From a virus: DNA of 64,000 nt. The stretch spans positions 1 to 64,000 of the IMG/VR virus record IMGVR_UViG_3300044734_000006; one strand, 5' to 3'. Of this stretch, positions 28,452 to 38,902 are shown piece after piece (the first letter of the stretch is position 1; every line of letters starts with the position of its first letter). A program made the position numbers and the translations under genes. A model generated the notes under the pieces. The model saw nothing but the letters and a program-made list of their open reading frames with translations, did not search any database and was not told the DNA's origin.

Positions 28452-28480
28452 TTGCGGAGTACCTAGTAGCTAGGTATACT
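28452..28480 (+). promoter_or_regulatory. Rightward promoter with palindromic operator
   Basis: TTGCGG-17-TATACT overlapping TACCTAG-TAG-CTAGGTA at the strand switch. Confidence 0.65.
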
Positions 28481-29501
28481 CTAGTCATCAGCCAGCCCGC
28501 AGGAGACACCGAGATGAGCACCACCACCAAGACCGCCACACCCCGGCCGCGCATCTTCAACTGCCCCGGATCGGGCCAGCGGTGGACCGACGAGTACAAC
28601 CACGACCTCGCCGCACGAGGCGTCATCACCACGACGGAGGCTATCTGCCACCACTGCGGCGACCACCAGTCGGTCAAGCGCGATGGCACCTTCTACCGGC
28701 ATCGCACTCCCTGACCCTACCCCTCCCGTCGCGGGAAGCCTCCCGCCTGAAGGAGAGCCGGACAGCTACCGGCCGAAACGGGAACACGAAATGGACACCG
28801 AGATCACCCGTCGCTGCCTCGCCTGCGGAGCCAGCCACACCCGTCTCGGCCTCTGCCCCGGCTGCGAGCGCAAGGCCGAGGAGTACGCCGTAGGCAGTAT
28901 CGCCCCGCGCATCCTCGCTGGAATGAGGCGCGAGCGCACGGAGAAGCGAGGATGATGATCATGATTCTGCTGAGCCTCGTGTTGCTGTCGATGCTGACGG
29001 GGCAGCCGTGGTTCCTGCTGGGGCTAGGACTGCTGTATCTAGTGGTGGCACTGCGGATAGTGGGCGCGAAATGAGCACCAAGATCACGCTGCTGGTGAGC
29101 GCCACCGTCCTCGGGTTTTCCGCAGAGGGACGGCGCTGGCGGCGCCGGTAATGCGCAAGTTCCGGTCCCAAGCCCGGGCGCAAAGGAGGATCCACCGATG
29201 ACCGACATCGCCAGGAACGACGCCGTATGGGTGCGACGCACCGAGCCACAACCGTGCTCCTACTGGTTGACCATCGGCGAGCGTCAGTGGGCCGTCCTGC
29301 CCGAGATCGGCGGACATGGCTGGGAGGTGTGTGTCTACGAGCACGACGGCGTGGAGTTCGTAAATGACGCAGCGACGGTCGCCGAGGGTAAGCGCATCGC
29401 TGAACGGGATGCGACTCGGGCGGCAAGAGTGGACGCTGCGCGGATGAGCACAACCCGATGACCTTCCCAAGTCTCGGGGAAGCCACAAGGAGGAACGACC
29501 G

Positions 29502-30059
29502 ATGACCGACATCACGGCGACCCGCGGGCTGCCGAAACTCCACCCGCAGATGTACTCCTACCCGGTAGACCACTACCGGATGCTCGCTGCCCAGCCCGAC
29601 CGCCTTGACCTCAACCCGCCCTACCAGCGTGGCTCGGTGTGGGGTGTGGAGCGCAAGCGCAACCTCATCAAGTCGTTGCTCATGGGCCTGCCGGTTGGCG
29701 CGGTGTTCCTCAACAGTCGACACATCATGCAGCCCGACAGGGTGGTGGACGGCAAGCAGCGCATCGAGGCCATCCTCGACTTCCTTGGCGATCGGCTCGC
29801 GGTGCCCGCCGTATGGTTCTCCGAGGACGATCTGACTGAGGCGACAGCAGGGCAGTGGGGCAGCGGGAACCTTACCACGGACATGGTGTCGTACTCCGAT
29901 CTGACCCTTCCCGTGCAGCGTCGGTTCAACGATTCCACCGTCGCCACATACCAGACCAAGCTCCGCACCGAGGCCGAGGAGCGCGAACTGTTCCTGCTCA
30001 TCAACTACGGCGGGGTGGCGCAGGGCGATATGGACGCCGATGCGGGGGACGGGCGATGA
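29502..30059 (+). CDS. Stand-alone DUF262 (GmrS/ParB-like NTPase fold) protein
   Basis: PPYQRGSVW, LIKSLLMGLPVG, VVDGKQR, ELFLLIN..G. Confidence 0.88.
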   Translation: MTDITATRGLPKLHPQMYSYPVDHYRMLAAQPDRLDLNPPYQRGSVWGVERKRNLIKSLLMGLPVGAVFLNSRHIMQPDRVVDGKQRIEAILDFLGDRLAVPAVWFSEDDLTEATAGQWGSGNLTTDMVSYSDLTLPVQRRFNDSTVATYQTKLRTEAEERELFLLINYGGVAQGDMDADAGDGR

Positions 30060-30315
30060 GCACCGACTTCGACGTTGACGCCGAAATGGACCGCTCACGT
30101 GATGAGAGCAGATGCCTGGACCCGCGCCTTGACGAAGCGTTGGAGCGTATCGGCACACTGGAGAGGCTTGTCAGACGCATGGCGCGTTCTCTAGCGGGCG
30201 ACGATGGTGCGGACATCGAGGAGGACGTCCGCATGTCGACAGCCTGCTCGTGCGATCTCGCTGAGTGGGGCAGCCACATCCACGACTGCCGGTTCGCCCC
30301 AGAGGATCGACGCCG

Positions 30316-30588
30316 ATGACCATCCGCCGCGAGTTCCCGCTCGGCATGAAGGAGATCGCAGCCCTCCTCGGCGTGAAGCAGTCCGCAGTCTGGCAGTGGG
30401 AGAAGAACCGCAAACTACCTCCCGAGGACGGCTGGATTAGCGGACGTAAGGGCTGGTGGCGGGCGACCATCTTGGCGTGGGACGCAGCAGGGAGGCCACG
30501 AAGGTCGGCGCCGCTCGCGGAGGCAGGCGTGACTGAGGTTTGCCCAGAGTGCAGCAGTTATCACGATGGTGGACCGTGCGAGTGGTAA
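30316..30588 (+). CDS. HTH DNA-binding protein (Cro/excisionase-like)
   Basis: LGMKEIAALLGVKQSAVWQW...LPP...W..ATILAW. Confidence 0.7.
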   Translation: MTIRREFPLGMKEIAALLGVKQSAVWQWEKNRKLPPEDGWISGRKGWWRATILAWDAAGRPRRSAPLAEAGVTEVCPECSSYHDGGPCEW

Positions 30589-30626
30589 GGGATTGACGGA
30601 CGTGGGCTTATCACTACAATAGAAGC

Positions 30627-30700
30627 CACACGGCTATCACGCTCACCGCTGGGAAGTGCAGCGGACCAGAGGCCACTCCTAGCGCTGGAGTGGCCTCTCT
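30627..30700 (+). ncRNA. Candidate small RNA with its own promoter and terminator hairpin
   Basis: TTGACG-16-TACAAT (30593-30620), no ORF, hairpins CCGCTG/CAGCGG and a perfect 12-bp AGAGGCCACTCC/GGAGTGGCCTCT. Confidence 0.45.
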
Positions 30701-30701
30701 G

Positions 30702-32822
30702 CTATCCAGCCCTCCGCTGACCCTTCCAGTGCCTGATCAGGCGGCCCATCTCGGACTCGCTCACGTAGGCACCCTGCATCCGGCGCGTCTCTCCGTCGTC
30801 GTTCAACCGGCAGAGCATGTCTCCGCGGCCCGCCAGTTTCTCCGCTCCCATCTCGTCGAGAATGACGCGGGAGTTCACGCCGCTCGAGACGCGGAAGGCG
30901 ATGCGGCTCGGGAAGTTCGCTGTGATGTCCGCGGGGATGAGTTCCGCCGAGGGACGCTGGGTCGCTGCGACAAGGTGGATACCGGCCGCCCTGGCAAGCT
31001 GAGCCAGCCGCTGTAGCGCCTCCTCCACGTCATCCTTTGCCCGGAGCACAAGGTCGGCGAGCTCGTCGATCACCACCACGATCCGGGGCAGGGGCTCAGC
31101 CCTGGTGTTGTGCTGGGCGATGTTCTTCGACCCACTGCCGGCGAGGATTCGGTACCGCTTGTCCATCTCGTCGACCACCTCGCGGAGCGCCTCCACCGCC
31201 TCATCAGCGTCGTTGACGATCGGCCGCAGCAGATGAGGGATTCCAGCGTACCCTTCCAACTCGACCACCTTGGGGTCGATAAGCACGATCCGTAGTTGAT
31301 CCGGGGTGGCCTGCAACAGCAGCGAGGCGAGCAGGACGTTGATGTAGACGGACTTGCCGGAGTTCGTCGCGCCGCCGATCAGCAGGTGCGGGGTGGTCGT
31401 CAGGTCTCCGACCGCGGACTGCCCGGACAGGTCGGCGCCGAGTGCGATGGCCAGCCCGGTACGGGCCACGATGCGGAAGGCCGGGGCCTGCACGAGCGAC
31501 CGCAGGGTGACCAGCTGCGCCGCCTTGTTCGGCACCTCGATGCCCACGGCGGCCTTGCCGGGGATCGGCGCTTGGATGCGGATGGTCGCGGCAAGAGCGA
31601 GGGACAGGTCGGTCTGCCGCGTGGTGATGCGCCGGACCGACACGCCGGGGGCAGGCTGCAGGACGTACTGCGTGACCCGTGGGCTGGGGTTGACCTCGAT
31701 CACCTTCCCCATGACGCCGAAGGATTCCAGCGTGGATTCGATCAGCGAGCGGGTGTCGCGGATCTCCGCGTCCTGCCGAACGCGGTCGGTCTTGCCCTCG
31801 TCGAGTAGGTCGATGGGGGGCAGGAGCCACTCTGAGTGCCCCGTCTCCAAATCTGGCAAGACCATGAGCGCGGTCTGTCCGGAGTCGCCAGCTGGATACT
31901 GCCCGTCATCCGTGGCGGGTTTTGGAGACTCCGATGGGCGCGGAGGGTTCGCCATGGCCTCTCGCATCGGGCCGGCCAGCCACGGCACGCCCTGCCAGTT
32001 GCGTCCAGCCTGAGCGGGAGCGTGCGTCTCGTCCTCCGCAGGCTCCTCCGTGTCGCCGCTCTCCTCGCCACGGATCCATCCCCACAGTCGCTCAGACCGT
32101 AGCCCACGCCGCATCCCGTCGCGCATCGCACCGGCCACCACCGGCACATCAAGGTCCACGGCTAGCACCAGGCCGAGGCACGTCAGGCCGACGAACAGCA
32201 CCACCGACCACCACGGCCCGACCCAGCCAGCTGCCGAATCCGCCAGCGAACCTCCGACCGACCCTGCCCCGCCCCGCGTCCACGGCACCAACGCGGTCAG
32301 CCCGAGCAGCCCCGGGATAGCGATGCCCACCCCCGCAGCCGAGGCGTGACCGTGCCCCAGCAGCAACCGAACTCCGACCAGCAGCAGACCGGCCACGAGC
32401 AGAGCATCCCCGACCACCCCCAGCCAGTCCGTGAGCATCGAGCCCTGCGGGATGAGCAGGAGCGGGATGGAGAGCAGCGCCGCGATGAGCGCCCCGACGC
32501 CGTGCAGGTTGCGCCGCTGGTCGTGGGTGACCTTGGGCGCCTTGGCGGTACGCCTTGCCGGTCGTCTGGTCCGGGTCGCCATCACGCCTCCTGCGGGAAG
32601 GTCGGGGAACTTGCGGCCGTGCTCTTTCTCATGGCACGGACGGCAGAGCACCATGAGGTTCGCACGCCTGCAGTCGTTCGGTCTGCGGTTCTTGTGGTGA
32701 GCCTGTAGCGCCCGATCCGTCTTGCACCGCTTGCATCTCTGGCCTTGGCGAAACTCGCGGCTGAGCTCTTGCCAACAGGGCGGGTAGTCCGCTCCTGGGT
32801 AGACGCGGAACCGTGCAGCCAC
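30702..32822 (-). CDS. ftsK: FtsK/SpoIIIE DNA translocase (multi-TM + motor, no gamma domain) with in-frame N-terminal HNH; internal start at 32582
   Basis: IRIQAPIPGKAAVGIEVPN, PHLLIGGATNSGKS, LIDPK, VVIDELADL, ARAAGIHLVAATQRPS, GAEKLAGRGDML; HNH CKRC..AHH..N..NLMVLCRPCH. Confidence 0.93.
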   Translation of the reverse strand: MAARFRVYPGADYPPCWQELSREFRQGQRCKRCKTDRALQAHHKNRRPNDCRRANLMVLCRPCHEKEHGRKFPDLPAGGVMATRTRRPARRTAKAPKVTHDQRRNLHGVGALIAALLSIPLLLIPQGSMLTDWLGVVGDALLVAGLLLVGVRLLLGHGHASAAGVGIAIPGLLGLTALVPWTRGGAGSVGGSLADSAAGWVGPWWSVVLFVGLTCLGLVLAVDLDVPVVAGAMRDGMRRGLRSERLWGWIRGEESGDTEEPAEDETHAPAQAGRNWQGVPWLAGPMREAMANPPRPSESPKPATDDGQYPAGDSGQTALMVLPDLETGHSEWLLPPIDLLDEGKTDRVRQDAEIRDTRSLIESTLESFGVMGKVIEVNPSPRVTQYVLQPAPGVSVRRITTRQTDLSLALAATIRIQAPIPGKAAVGIEVPNKAAQLVTLRSLVQAPAFRIVARTGLAIALGADLSGQSAVGDLTTTPHLLIGGATNSGKSVYINVLLASLLLQATPDQLRIVLIDPKVVELEGYAGIPHLLRPIVNDADEAVEALREVVDEMDKRYRILAGSGSKNIAQHNTRAEPLPRIVVVIDELADLVLRAKDDVEEALQRLAQLARAAGIHLVAATQRPSAELIPADITANFPSRIAFRVSSGVNSRVILDEMGAEKLAGRGDMLCRLNDDGETRRMQGAYVSESEMGRLIRHWKGQRRAG

Positions 32823-33166
32823 ATCACGCTGCGGTACGGCGAGCTTGAGTGCGGTGGGCGGTCAACTCAGACTGGCTCCGGTGGGACGGCCTTGTCGATA
32901 CGCGCGCAGAGGTCACGATCCTCCGCGAAGATTGACCCCACGCCCCACTGCCCTCGTGCCTCTCGTAGCAGAACGGTGAGTTCGCCTGTGTGTGCCTTGG
33001 CTGCGTCCGCCTCTGCCTCCATCGCCGTGAGCCTAGCCTCTAACTCAGCGATCCGGGCCAGCCTCTCCCGTTCGATCGCCATGCACCACTCGTCGGAGTG
33101 GGTACGGCGCGGCTCGTCGGTCATCGGTCCTCCTCCTCGGGTCGGCAACGGAGATGTGACGGGGTG

Positions 33167-33204
33167 TTGCATATAAGGCTGGTTATGCGTATACTACTGG
33201 CATG
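33167..33204 (+). promoter_or_regulatory. Leaderless promoter
   Basis: TTGCAT-17-TATACT-ACTGGC-ATG; shares GTATACTACTGGCATGGACAC with the minus-strand promoter at 56763. Confidence 0.65.
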
Positions 33205-33929
33205 GACACCACACCACGGAGCACCGAGATGACCAGCAGCCCCAGCCGCCAGTGCGTAACCCCCGGTTGCACCAACACCACCACCCACATCATCTGCGCG
33301 AAGTGCGAGACCAAGGCCCGCATCCTCGTCAACCGCCTCACTCGGCCATGAGCATCACCGCCCCCGCCGTCGCCGACCCCGTCTACCTCTGCGTCTACTG
33401 CGAGCGGTTGTTCGACGAGCCTGCCGAGTTCCGGGCACACAGCCTCGCCGACCATCCCGCCGAGTGGACCGACGTGGCCGAACTTGACTGGGAGATCGCC
33501 GATCAGGCACGGATCTACACATGGGCCGAGGAGATGGAGCGTCGCAACCTCGTTCTGCGTGCCATCCGCGGGCACTACGGCTATATCCCCGACCAGAGTG
33601 CCGTGCTCGCCGACTGGCCTCGCTGAGTGCCATTCACCACCAACCACCTCACGAGGACACAAGGCATGTGCAACCGAGCTGATCAATCCGAGCCCATCAG
33701 CCTTCCACGCGAGGTAGTCAGGGAGGATGTGGCGTGGTTCTCCCCCAAGCGCGATGGGGCCGTCCTCTACGGCAACGCCGATCGGGCGATCATTCGTGGC
33801 GACGCGACCATCTACGGCAACGTTGTGGAACTCCACACACGGCCGGGAGCGAGGGTCACGATCTACGGCAATGTGCTGGTGGATCGCTCGTCTCGTGGCA
33901 CGGTGACTTGGATGAACGGGAGTCGCTAA

Positions 33930-34136
33930 ATGCCACGCCCCCGCTCCGTCGAGATCGTCCCGGCGATCCTCAGCGATGGCCTGCGGCAGTGCCCCCAGTG
34001 CCTGCTCTGGTTCGCCGTCCTCACCGCTGACCCGGATCGCCCCAGCCGTGGACGACGTGACCGTGTCTACTGCTCGGCTACCTGTCGGACGCTGGCATCG
34101 CGAGATCGAGTATCCATTTCTCCCAGCCCGGAGTAG
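33930..34136 (+). CDS. Small zinc-finger protein (CGNR-like)
   Basis: CPQC..WF...RVYCSATCR. Confidence 0.6.
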   Translation: MPRPRSVEIVPAILSDGLRQCPQCLLWFAVLTADPDRPSRGRRDRVYCSATCRTLASRDRVSISPSPE

Positions 34137-34159
34137 CCCGTCGCCAACTGGATACTGGC

Positions 34160-35893
34160 TCACGCCTCTTCCTCAGTTTTTGGAGACTCCATCGGCAGGA
34201 TGGCCAGGGTCGGCTGCTCGCGTGCCATCGACCACTCATGGACCACCTCGGTAACCTCATCGGTGGCGGCGTAGTAGCGGGGGCCAGTGAGGCGCTCCTG
34301 CCCCACCGCGGGCGGATAGAGAGCCTTGGCGATGGCAGGGATTTTCTTGCCCGAGCGCCACATGGCGATGATCTGATCCGCCAGCGCGTCTCCAACGCGC
34401 GCACGCGCCTGCGCGCGAGAAACACCCGAAACAAGATCAGATTCGCCGTTTCCGACGTCCCGTGTCGGGGCATCCAGAAACAGGGTCTTGGGGGGTGTTA
34501 TGGCCCCGAAAAACGGGTTTTCGAGCCTGTTTCCGCTTGCCCCGTTCGATCGCTGCGCGGCGGCCATCCGCGCCACCTCGACGAGGTCATCCGCCTCCAG
34601 GCGGGGGATGTTCAGCCGCACCGGACCGACGCCCGGAGCGAAGACCACGGCCTCGCCCTGCTCCAGCGTGTTGATGCCCTCGGGGAGGCTGGCTGAGCGC
34701 ATCCCGGAGACCATGCGAGCGTCGATGGTGCGGCAGCGGTGGATGATCCCCGCGGAGAGCACGTCCCGGACCATACCGCCGCCGACCGACGCTGTGGCCC
34801 ACTGCTGGGCGAGAAGCAGGGCGATCACGGAGCGCTGTGGACCGGCCTGCAGGATGTCCGCGAGCATGCGGGGCAGTTCGGTGGCGAGCTCTCCGCGGAG
34901 GGTGGTGGTCCACTCGTCCATAGCGAGCACCAGGAGGCGTTCCTTGGGAGCCGGCTCGCCGGGACCGTGGTCCTTGCGCCACTGCATCTGCCGCTTCTGT
35001 CGCACCTTCAACTCGCCGTGGACGGTGCGGACTGCGGAGAGGATGGCCTTGTCGTCCACAGCGGTCGGGAGCAGGAACAGGCCCGCCTCCTCGAGCGGTG
35101 CTAGGCGGGTGGCGAGGCTGCGCTTGCTGCCGGCTTGGGGGTCGCAGAGGACGTGATCGGCACCGCGGAGGACGTGCTGGGCGATGATGCCGGCGGCGGT
35201 GTTCGACTTGCCAAAGTTCGGCATGCCGGCGATGCCGATGGAGAACTCCTCCGCGCCCTCGTGGCGGACGTCTCCGCTCTCGCCGTAGCCCAGTAGGAGG
35301 GGACGGTTGCCGCCCACCTCGCCGGCCGCGATCAGCCTGCCGAACGGAGGCACGTCCGGGATGCGCGAGATGGTCAGTGCGGGCTCCTCGGTGAGCGCCG
35401 TGGGGCCGGTGATCCGCGGCGAGTTGACGGTGTGCAGGTTCACCAGCCCGTGCGGCAGGGCGGGGTTGACGGCCAGCAGGTTGCGGGTCTGCACGGCTGC
35501 GGAGTTGACGGCAATGCGGAGTTCCGGCGTCAGGCCGCGGTACGCCACTGCCCCGGTCGCCTTGTCCGGCATGTCGCGGTTGTGCCAGAGATGCAGCCCA
35601 CCAGCGACGGCCCCGGCAGGCACGCAGACGGTCAGGGTGGCCAGCGCCCCGATCTCGAGCAGCCGCAGCCAGGTCGAGGCGCGGTCGACATGCCACTCCG
35701 AGTCGAGCTTGGCGTTCGCAGCGTCGATCTGGGCCTGTTTCTGCTCCTGCGAGAGGTGGAGGGCCTGCGCCTGCGTCTCGATCTTGATCTGCTCGGGCGT
35801 TGGGCCGGGCGTCTTGAGCGAGTTCCACGTCCAGCCGATGCCGAGGGCGCAGAACCCGGCCGCTGCGAGAGAGCCAGCCATGCGAACACTCAC
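34160..35893 (-). CDS. Membrane-anchored FtsK/HerA-superfamily ATPase with C-terminal HTH
   Basis: Two TM segments, IAGMPNFGKS (Walker A), LCDP, LVLAMDEW (Walker B), LLLAQ; IIAMWRSGKKIPAIAKALY. Confidence 0.8.
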   Translation of the reverse strand: MSVRMAGSLAAAGFCALGIGWTWNSLKTPGPTPEQIKIETQAQALHLSQEQKQAQIDAANAKLDSEWHVDRASTWLRLLEIGALATLTVCVPAGAVAGGLHLWHNRDMPDKATGAVAYRGLTPELRIAVNSAAVQTRNLLAVNPALPHGLVNLHTVNSPRITGPTALTEEPALTISRIPDVPPFGRLIAAGEVGGNRPLLLGYGESGDVRHEGAEEFSIGIAGMPNFGKSNTAAGIIAQHVLRGADHVLCDPQAGSKRSLATRLAPLEEAGLFLLPTAVDDKAILSAVRTVHGELKVRQKRQMQWRKDHGPGEPAPKERLLVLAMDEWTTTLRGELATELPRMLADILQAGPQRSVIALLLAQQWATASVGGGMVRDVLSAGIIHRCRTIDARMVSGMRSASLPEGINTLEQGEAVVFAPGVGPVRLNIPRLEADDLVEVARMAAAQRSNGASGNRLENPFFGAITPPKTLFLDAPTRDVGNGESDLVSGVSRAQARARVGDALADQIIAMWRSGKKIPAIAKALYPPAVGQERLTGPRYYAATDEVTEVVHEWSMAREQPTLAILPMESPKTEEEA

Positions 35894-36370
35894 GGCGCTG
35901 GCTCGGTGGTGCCCAAGACGTCGTCGATGTCGGCGACCGCCTTGCGGATGGACTTGGCCCAATCGTCCACGGGTGGCATTTCCTTGGAGTATCCGACGAT
36001 CACCGCGCGCATCTCTCGCAGTAGCACTGTCAGGTCGGTGATGAGCGCTTCCCGTGCCAAGCACTCGGGGCAGTCGTAGGCGAAGCGGTGAACATGACGC
36101 CCCTTCATGCCGCGTCGTTCCTCCCGCCTCGGATGGCCAGCGCCTCTTGGCTGGGGATGCGGTAGACGTCTGGCCGGTGGACGATCACGCCGCGGACTGG
36201 CCTAGCGGCAGGCCGGTAGACCGCGGGCTGGCTGATGCGGACAAGCGCCCACACGAAGCCGAGCAGGAACATCGGGATGCCGACGTCGGCCATCAGCAGT
36301 TGCCAGATGGGGGCGCCGAGAGCGTGCCCGACGACCGTGGCCGCGGCGACGAGCAGGGCGGCAGCCGGGA

Positions 36371-36613
36371 TCATTCGTCGCCCTCCTCGGCGTTCGCTGC
36401 ATCTGCACGGATCTCCTCCAGCACCTCGTCCGGGTGACACATCGCCACCCGGATCGAGGCACGGATGACCCGCGAGAGGGCGAGGAGCCGGGCGGGCTCG
36501 GTGACGATGCTGCCGTATAGAGCGAAGGCCCGCGCCGTCATGTCTCGCAGCCAGTCGCGCTCGGCGCCTCCGAGGTAGGTCCGTACCGCGTGCTTCCGCG
36601 TCCCGCCCGCCAT
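36371..36613 (-). CDS. Hypothetical, possibly RHH, protein
   Basis: VRTYLGGAERDWL...LSRVIRASIR. Confidence 0.5.
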   Translation of the reverse strand: MAGGTRKHAVRTYLGGAERDWLRDMTARAFALYGSIVTEPARLLALSRVIRASIRVAMCHPDEVLEEIRADAANAEEGDE

Positions 36614-36618
36614 CTCGG

Positions 36619-36843
36619 TCAGAAACTGCCGATTCCGCGCGCCTGCATCGGACTGCCGTGCTCGTCCGTGATGCGAACGATCGTGGCCTCGTTCGACCCG
36701 ACCCGCCGCTTGAGGTACTTGACCTTCTCGTGGAACTCGTCCCACGTCATCTCGGCCTCGAAGACGATGGTGGCGGTGCGGTGGTTCTCCTCGGGAACGT
36801 CCGAGTGTGTCGCCGCGCCGGCGAGGTTGGTCCGGGGTGCCAT
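36619..36843 (-). CDS. Hypothetical small DNA-binding protein
   Basis: GGAGG RBS, TATGAT -10 upstream. Confidence 0.55.
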   Translation of the reverse strand: MAPRTNLAGAATHSDVPEENHRTATIVFEAEMTWDEFHEKVKYLKRRVGSNEATIVRITDEHGSPMQARGIGSF

Positions 36844-37382
36844 GGGCTGTGCCTCCGTGGGTTGGTGATGGTGCGGATCATACAGGGCTCGGGGGTTGCA
36901 GGGCTACGGGGCCGCGGTAGTGCGATGCCGTGGCATTCCCATGCGCGTCCGCCCACACGTGATGCGCACCTGACCCGCGTCACACGTGTGCGTGCGAGGA
37001 TCGCGGGTCAGATCCAGCCCGTAGAGTTGCACCCGAGACCACGGGTTTGCTCACGACTTGCACACCACCACTGCGCATGGTGTATCTTTCGCAGCGTGAC
37101 GGCTTGCGCGGATTGGGAAGGTTGCCAGCCACAGAGAGGCGGTGGATCAGCGGCCCGTCTGCTCCGCACCTCGCCACACTCATCCGCAGATGAGGAGCAA
37201 GCCGCCGGGAGACCGCGAACGACAGGCGCATCCCGCACCACCATGCTGACTGACGATGTTATGGCACTTGCAGCGGAACTCTTTGACGATCTGCGCTCCC
37301 AACAACTTCCATGGACTTGCCCAGCGTGTCAGGCGGTGATGCTGGCGAAGTGCTCCGAGGGTATCGAGGCGCGAGCGCAGCC

Positions 37383-38168
37383 GTGAGCACCGACCCGAAG
37401 CCGTTGTGGCAGATCATGCCCGAGATGAGCGAGGCAGAGTTTCAACGCTTCGTGAGCCGCATCGCTGCGCATGGCTACCTGTCCAGCCAAGAGGTACTTG
37501 TCGACCGCGATGGCCGGATCATCGATGGCCACCACCGGGCTAGGGCCTGCGCGGCACTGGGTATTGAATATCCGCGCCGCGTTCTTGACCAGGAGATGAC
37601 CGACGACGAGAAGTGGGAGATCGTCTGGCTCATCAACGTCTCACGCCGTCACCTGACCCTCGATCAGCAGCGTGACCTCGTCCGCCAGTGGTTGAAGCGG
37701 CACCCTGAGACCTCCAACCGCAGCGTGGCAGCCGACGTAGGTGTGGATGACAAGACTGTCGGCAAGATCAGGGGCGAACTGGAGGCGTCTGCGGAAATTC
37801 CGCAGACGGTGCGTCCCCACCAGCGTCAGGACCAGAGGCGCAACGGTGTGCCTACCGACGATCCGGAGCCTGACACCGTCGAGGCTGACGAGCGCGAGTT
37901 GATGACCGACGTGGCCGACCACCGCAACGGCGTGTGGTTCGAGGTCACCATCGGCTACCCGGCTCCGAGCCAAGTCGCACGCCAGCGTGGCGACCTACCG
38001 TACTCGCGGGAATCAGAGCGCCGTGAGTGGCACTCCACGCGGCTGTACCTGACCGCTCCAGCCCCGCAGTCTCTGATGGATGGCGCTTCGGTGGTGAAAG
38101 AACTCGCCGAATCCCTCTGGCGTCAGGTGCAGGCCGACCCCTTGCTCACGATGCTGATCCATGCCTGA
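37383..38168 (+). CDS. ParB N-terminal (CTPase) domain + HTH protein
   Basis: MSEAEF..I..HG...IIDGHHRARAC, INVSRRHLT, SNRSVAADVGVDDKTVGKIR. Confidence 0.85.
   Translation: MSTDPKPLWQIMPEMSEAEFQRFVSRIAAHGYLSSQEVLVDRDGRIIDGHHRARACAALGIEYPRRVLDQEMTDDEKWEIVWLINVSRRHLTLDQQRDLVRQWLKRHPETSNRSVAADVGVDDKTVGKIRGELEASAEIPQTVRPHQRQDQRRNGVPTDDPEPDTVEADERELMTDVADHRNGVWFEVTIGYPAPSQVARQRGDLPYSRESERREWHSTRLYLTAPAPQSLMDGASVVKELAESLWRQVQADPLLTMLIHA
37786..37808. promoter_or_regulatory. Perfect 23-bp palindrome inside the parB-like gene (candidate binding site)
   Basis: CGTCTGCGGAA-A-TTCCGCAGACG immediately after the HTH codons. Confidence 0.55.
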
Positions 38169-38602
38169 GACGCGCCCGACCTTCGCCGACGAGGTGGACG
38201 CGATGCTGATGGCAGAGCGAGAGCCGCCCGACTACACCATGGCCGCCTCCTGCGTGACGTGCGGCGTGGAGATGCAGCCCGAGCCGGTGACCACCGAGGC
38301 TGGCGTGGTGAACTGGCAGTGCCCAACGTGCCATGTGGTGGTGAAGGTGCGCGTCCGATGAGCGAGCAGGAACGCCGCCGAGCCCGCGTCTGGACACACA
38401 GTGGCTGGGAGGTATGCACGCATGGCGGCATACCGGTGGCCTTCGCCCGGTATCCGTGGCTGCGCGACCCGTCCCACTATCGCGACGGCGGTCCGGCAGA
38501 ACCCGGTGATCTCACAGAGCACGAACTATCCGAGCACATCTGCGGGATACGCGGACCGGACGTAGGGCTGCTCTGTCCGCTCGTGCGATCGGTGACGAAG
38601 GT

Positions 38603-38902
38603 ATGACCGACACGCCCGCGCAGAACGTCTACCCCGAACTTGTGGCCCGCTACCGCGACGCTCGTCGTCAGTACCGTCAGCCCGGTGTGTCCAACTCTGC
38701 GGCTGCACTGGGTATGGATGAGCACGAATACTGCCGCAGGTTCGTCGCGGAGTTGGGACCGATCGTCACGCAGACCAGCACGGTGAGCATGGCGAACATC
38801 GCGTGGCTGGAAGGTGCTGCATACGATGAGGCTGGGTTGCAGGATGCACGTGCGTCGGGGCTGAGCGAGACGGTCGGACGCGCTGGTCAAGTCAAGCCAT
38901 GA
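38603..38902 (+). CDS. Hypothetical protein, paralog of 45254-45538
   Basis: ELVARYRDARRQYRQP...MDEHEYCRRFVAELG. Confidence 0.7.
   Translation: MTDTPAQNVYPELVARYRDARRQYRQPGVSNSAAALGMDEHEYCRRFVAELGPIVTQTSTVSMANIAWLEGAAYDEAGLQDARASGLSETVGRAGQVKP

Noticed and set aside
33666-33929. Three (L/I)YGN repeats as a diversity-generating or repeat element
   Set aside because: Short protein-level beta-helix-like repeats only; no reverse transcriptase or template repeat seen
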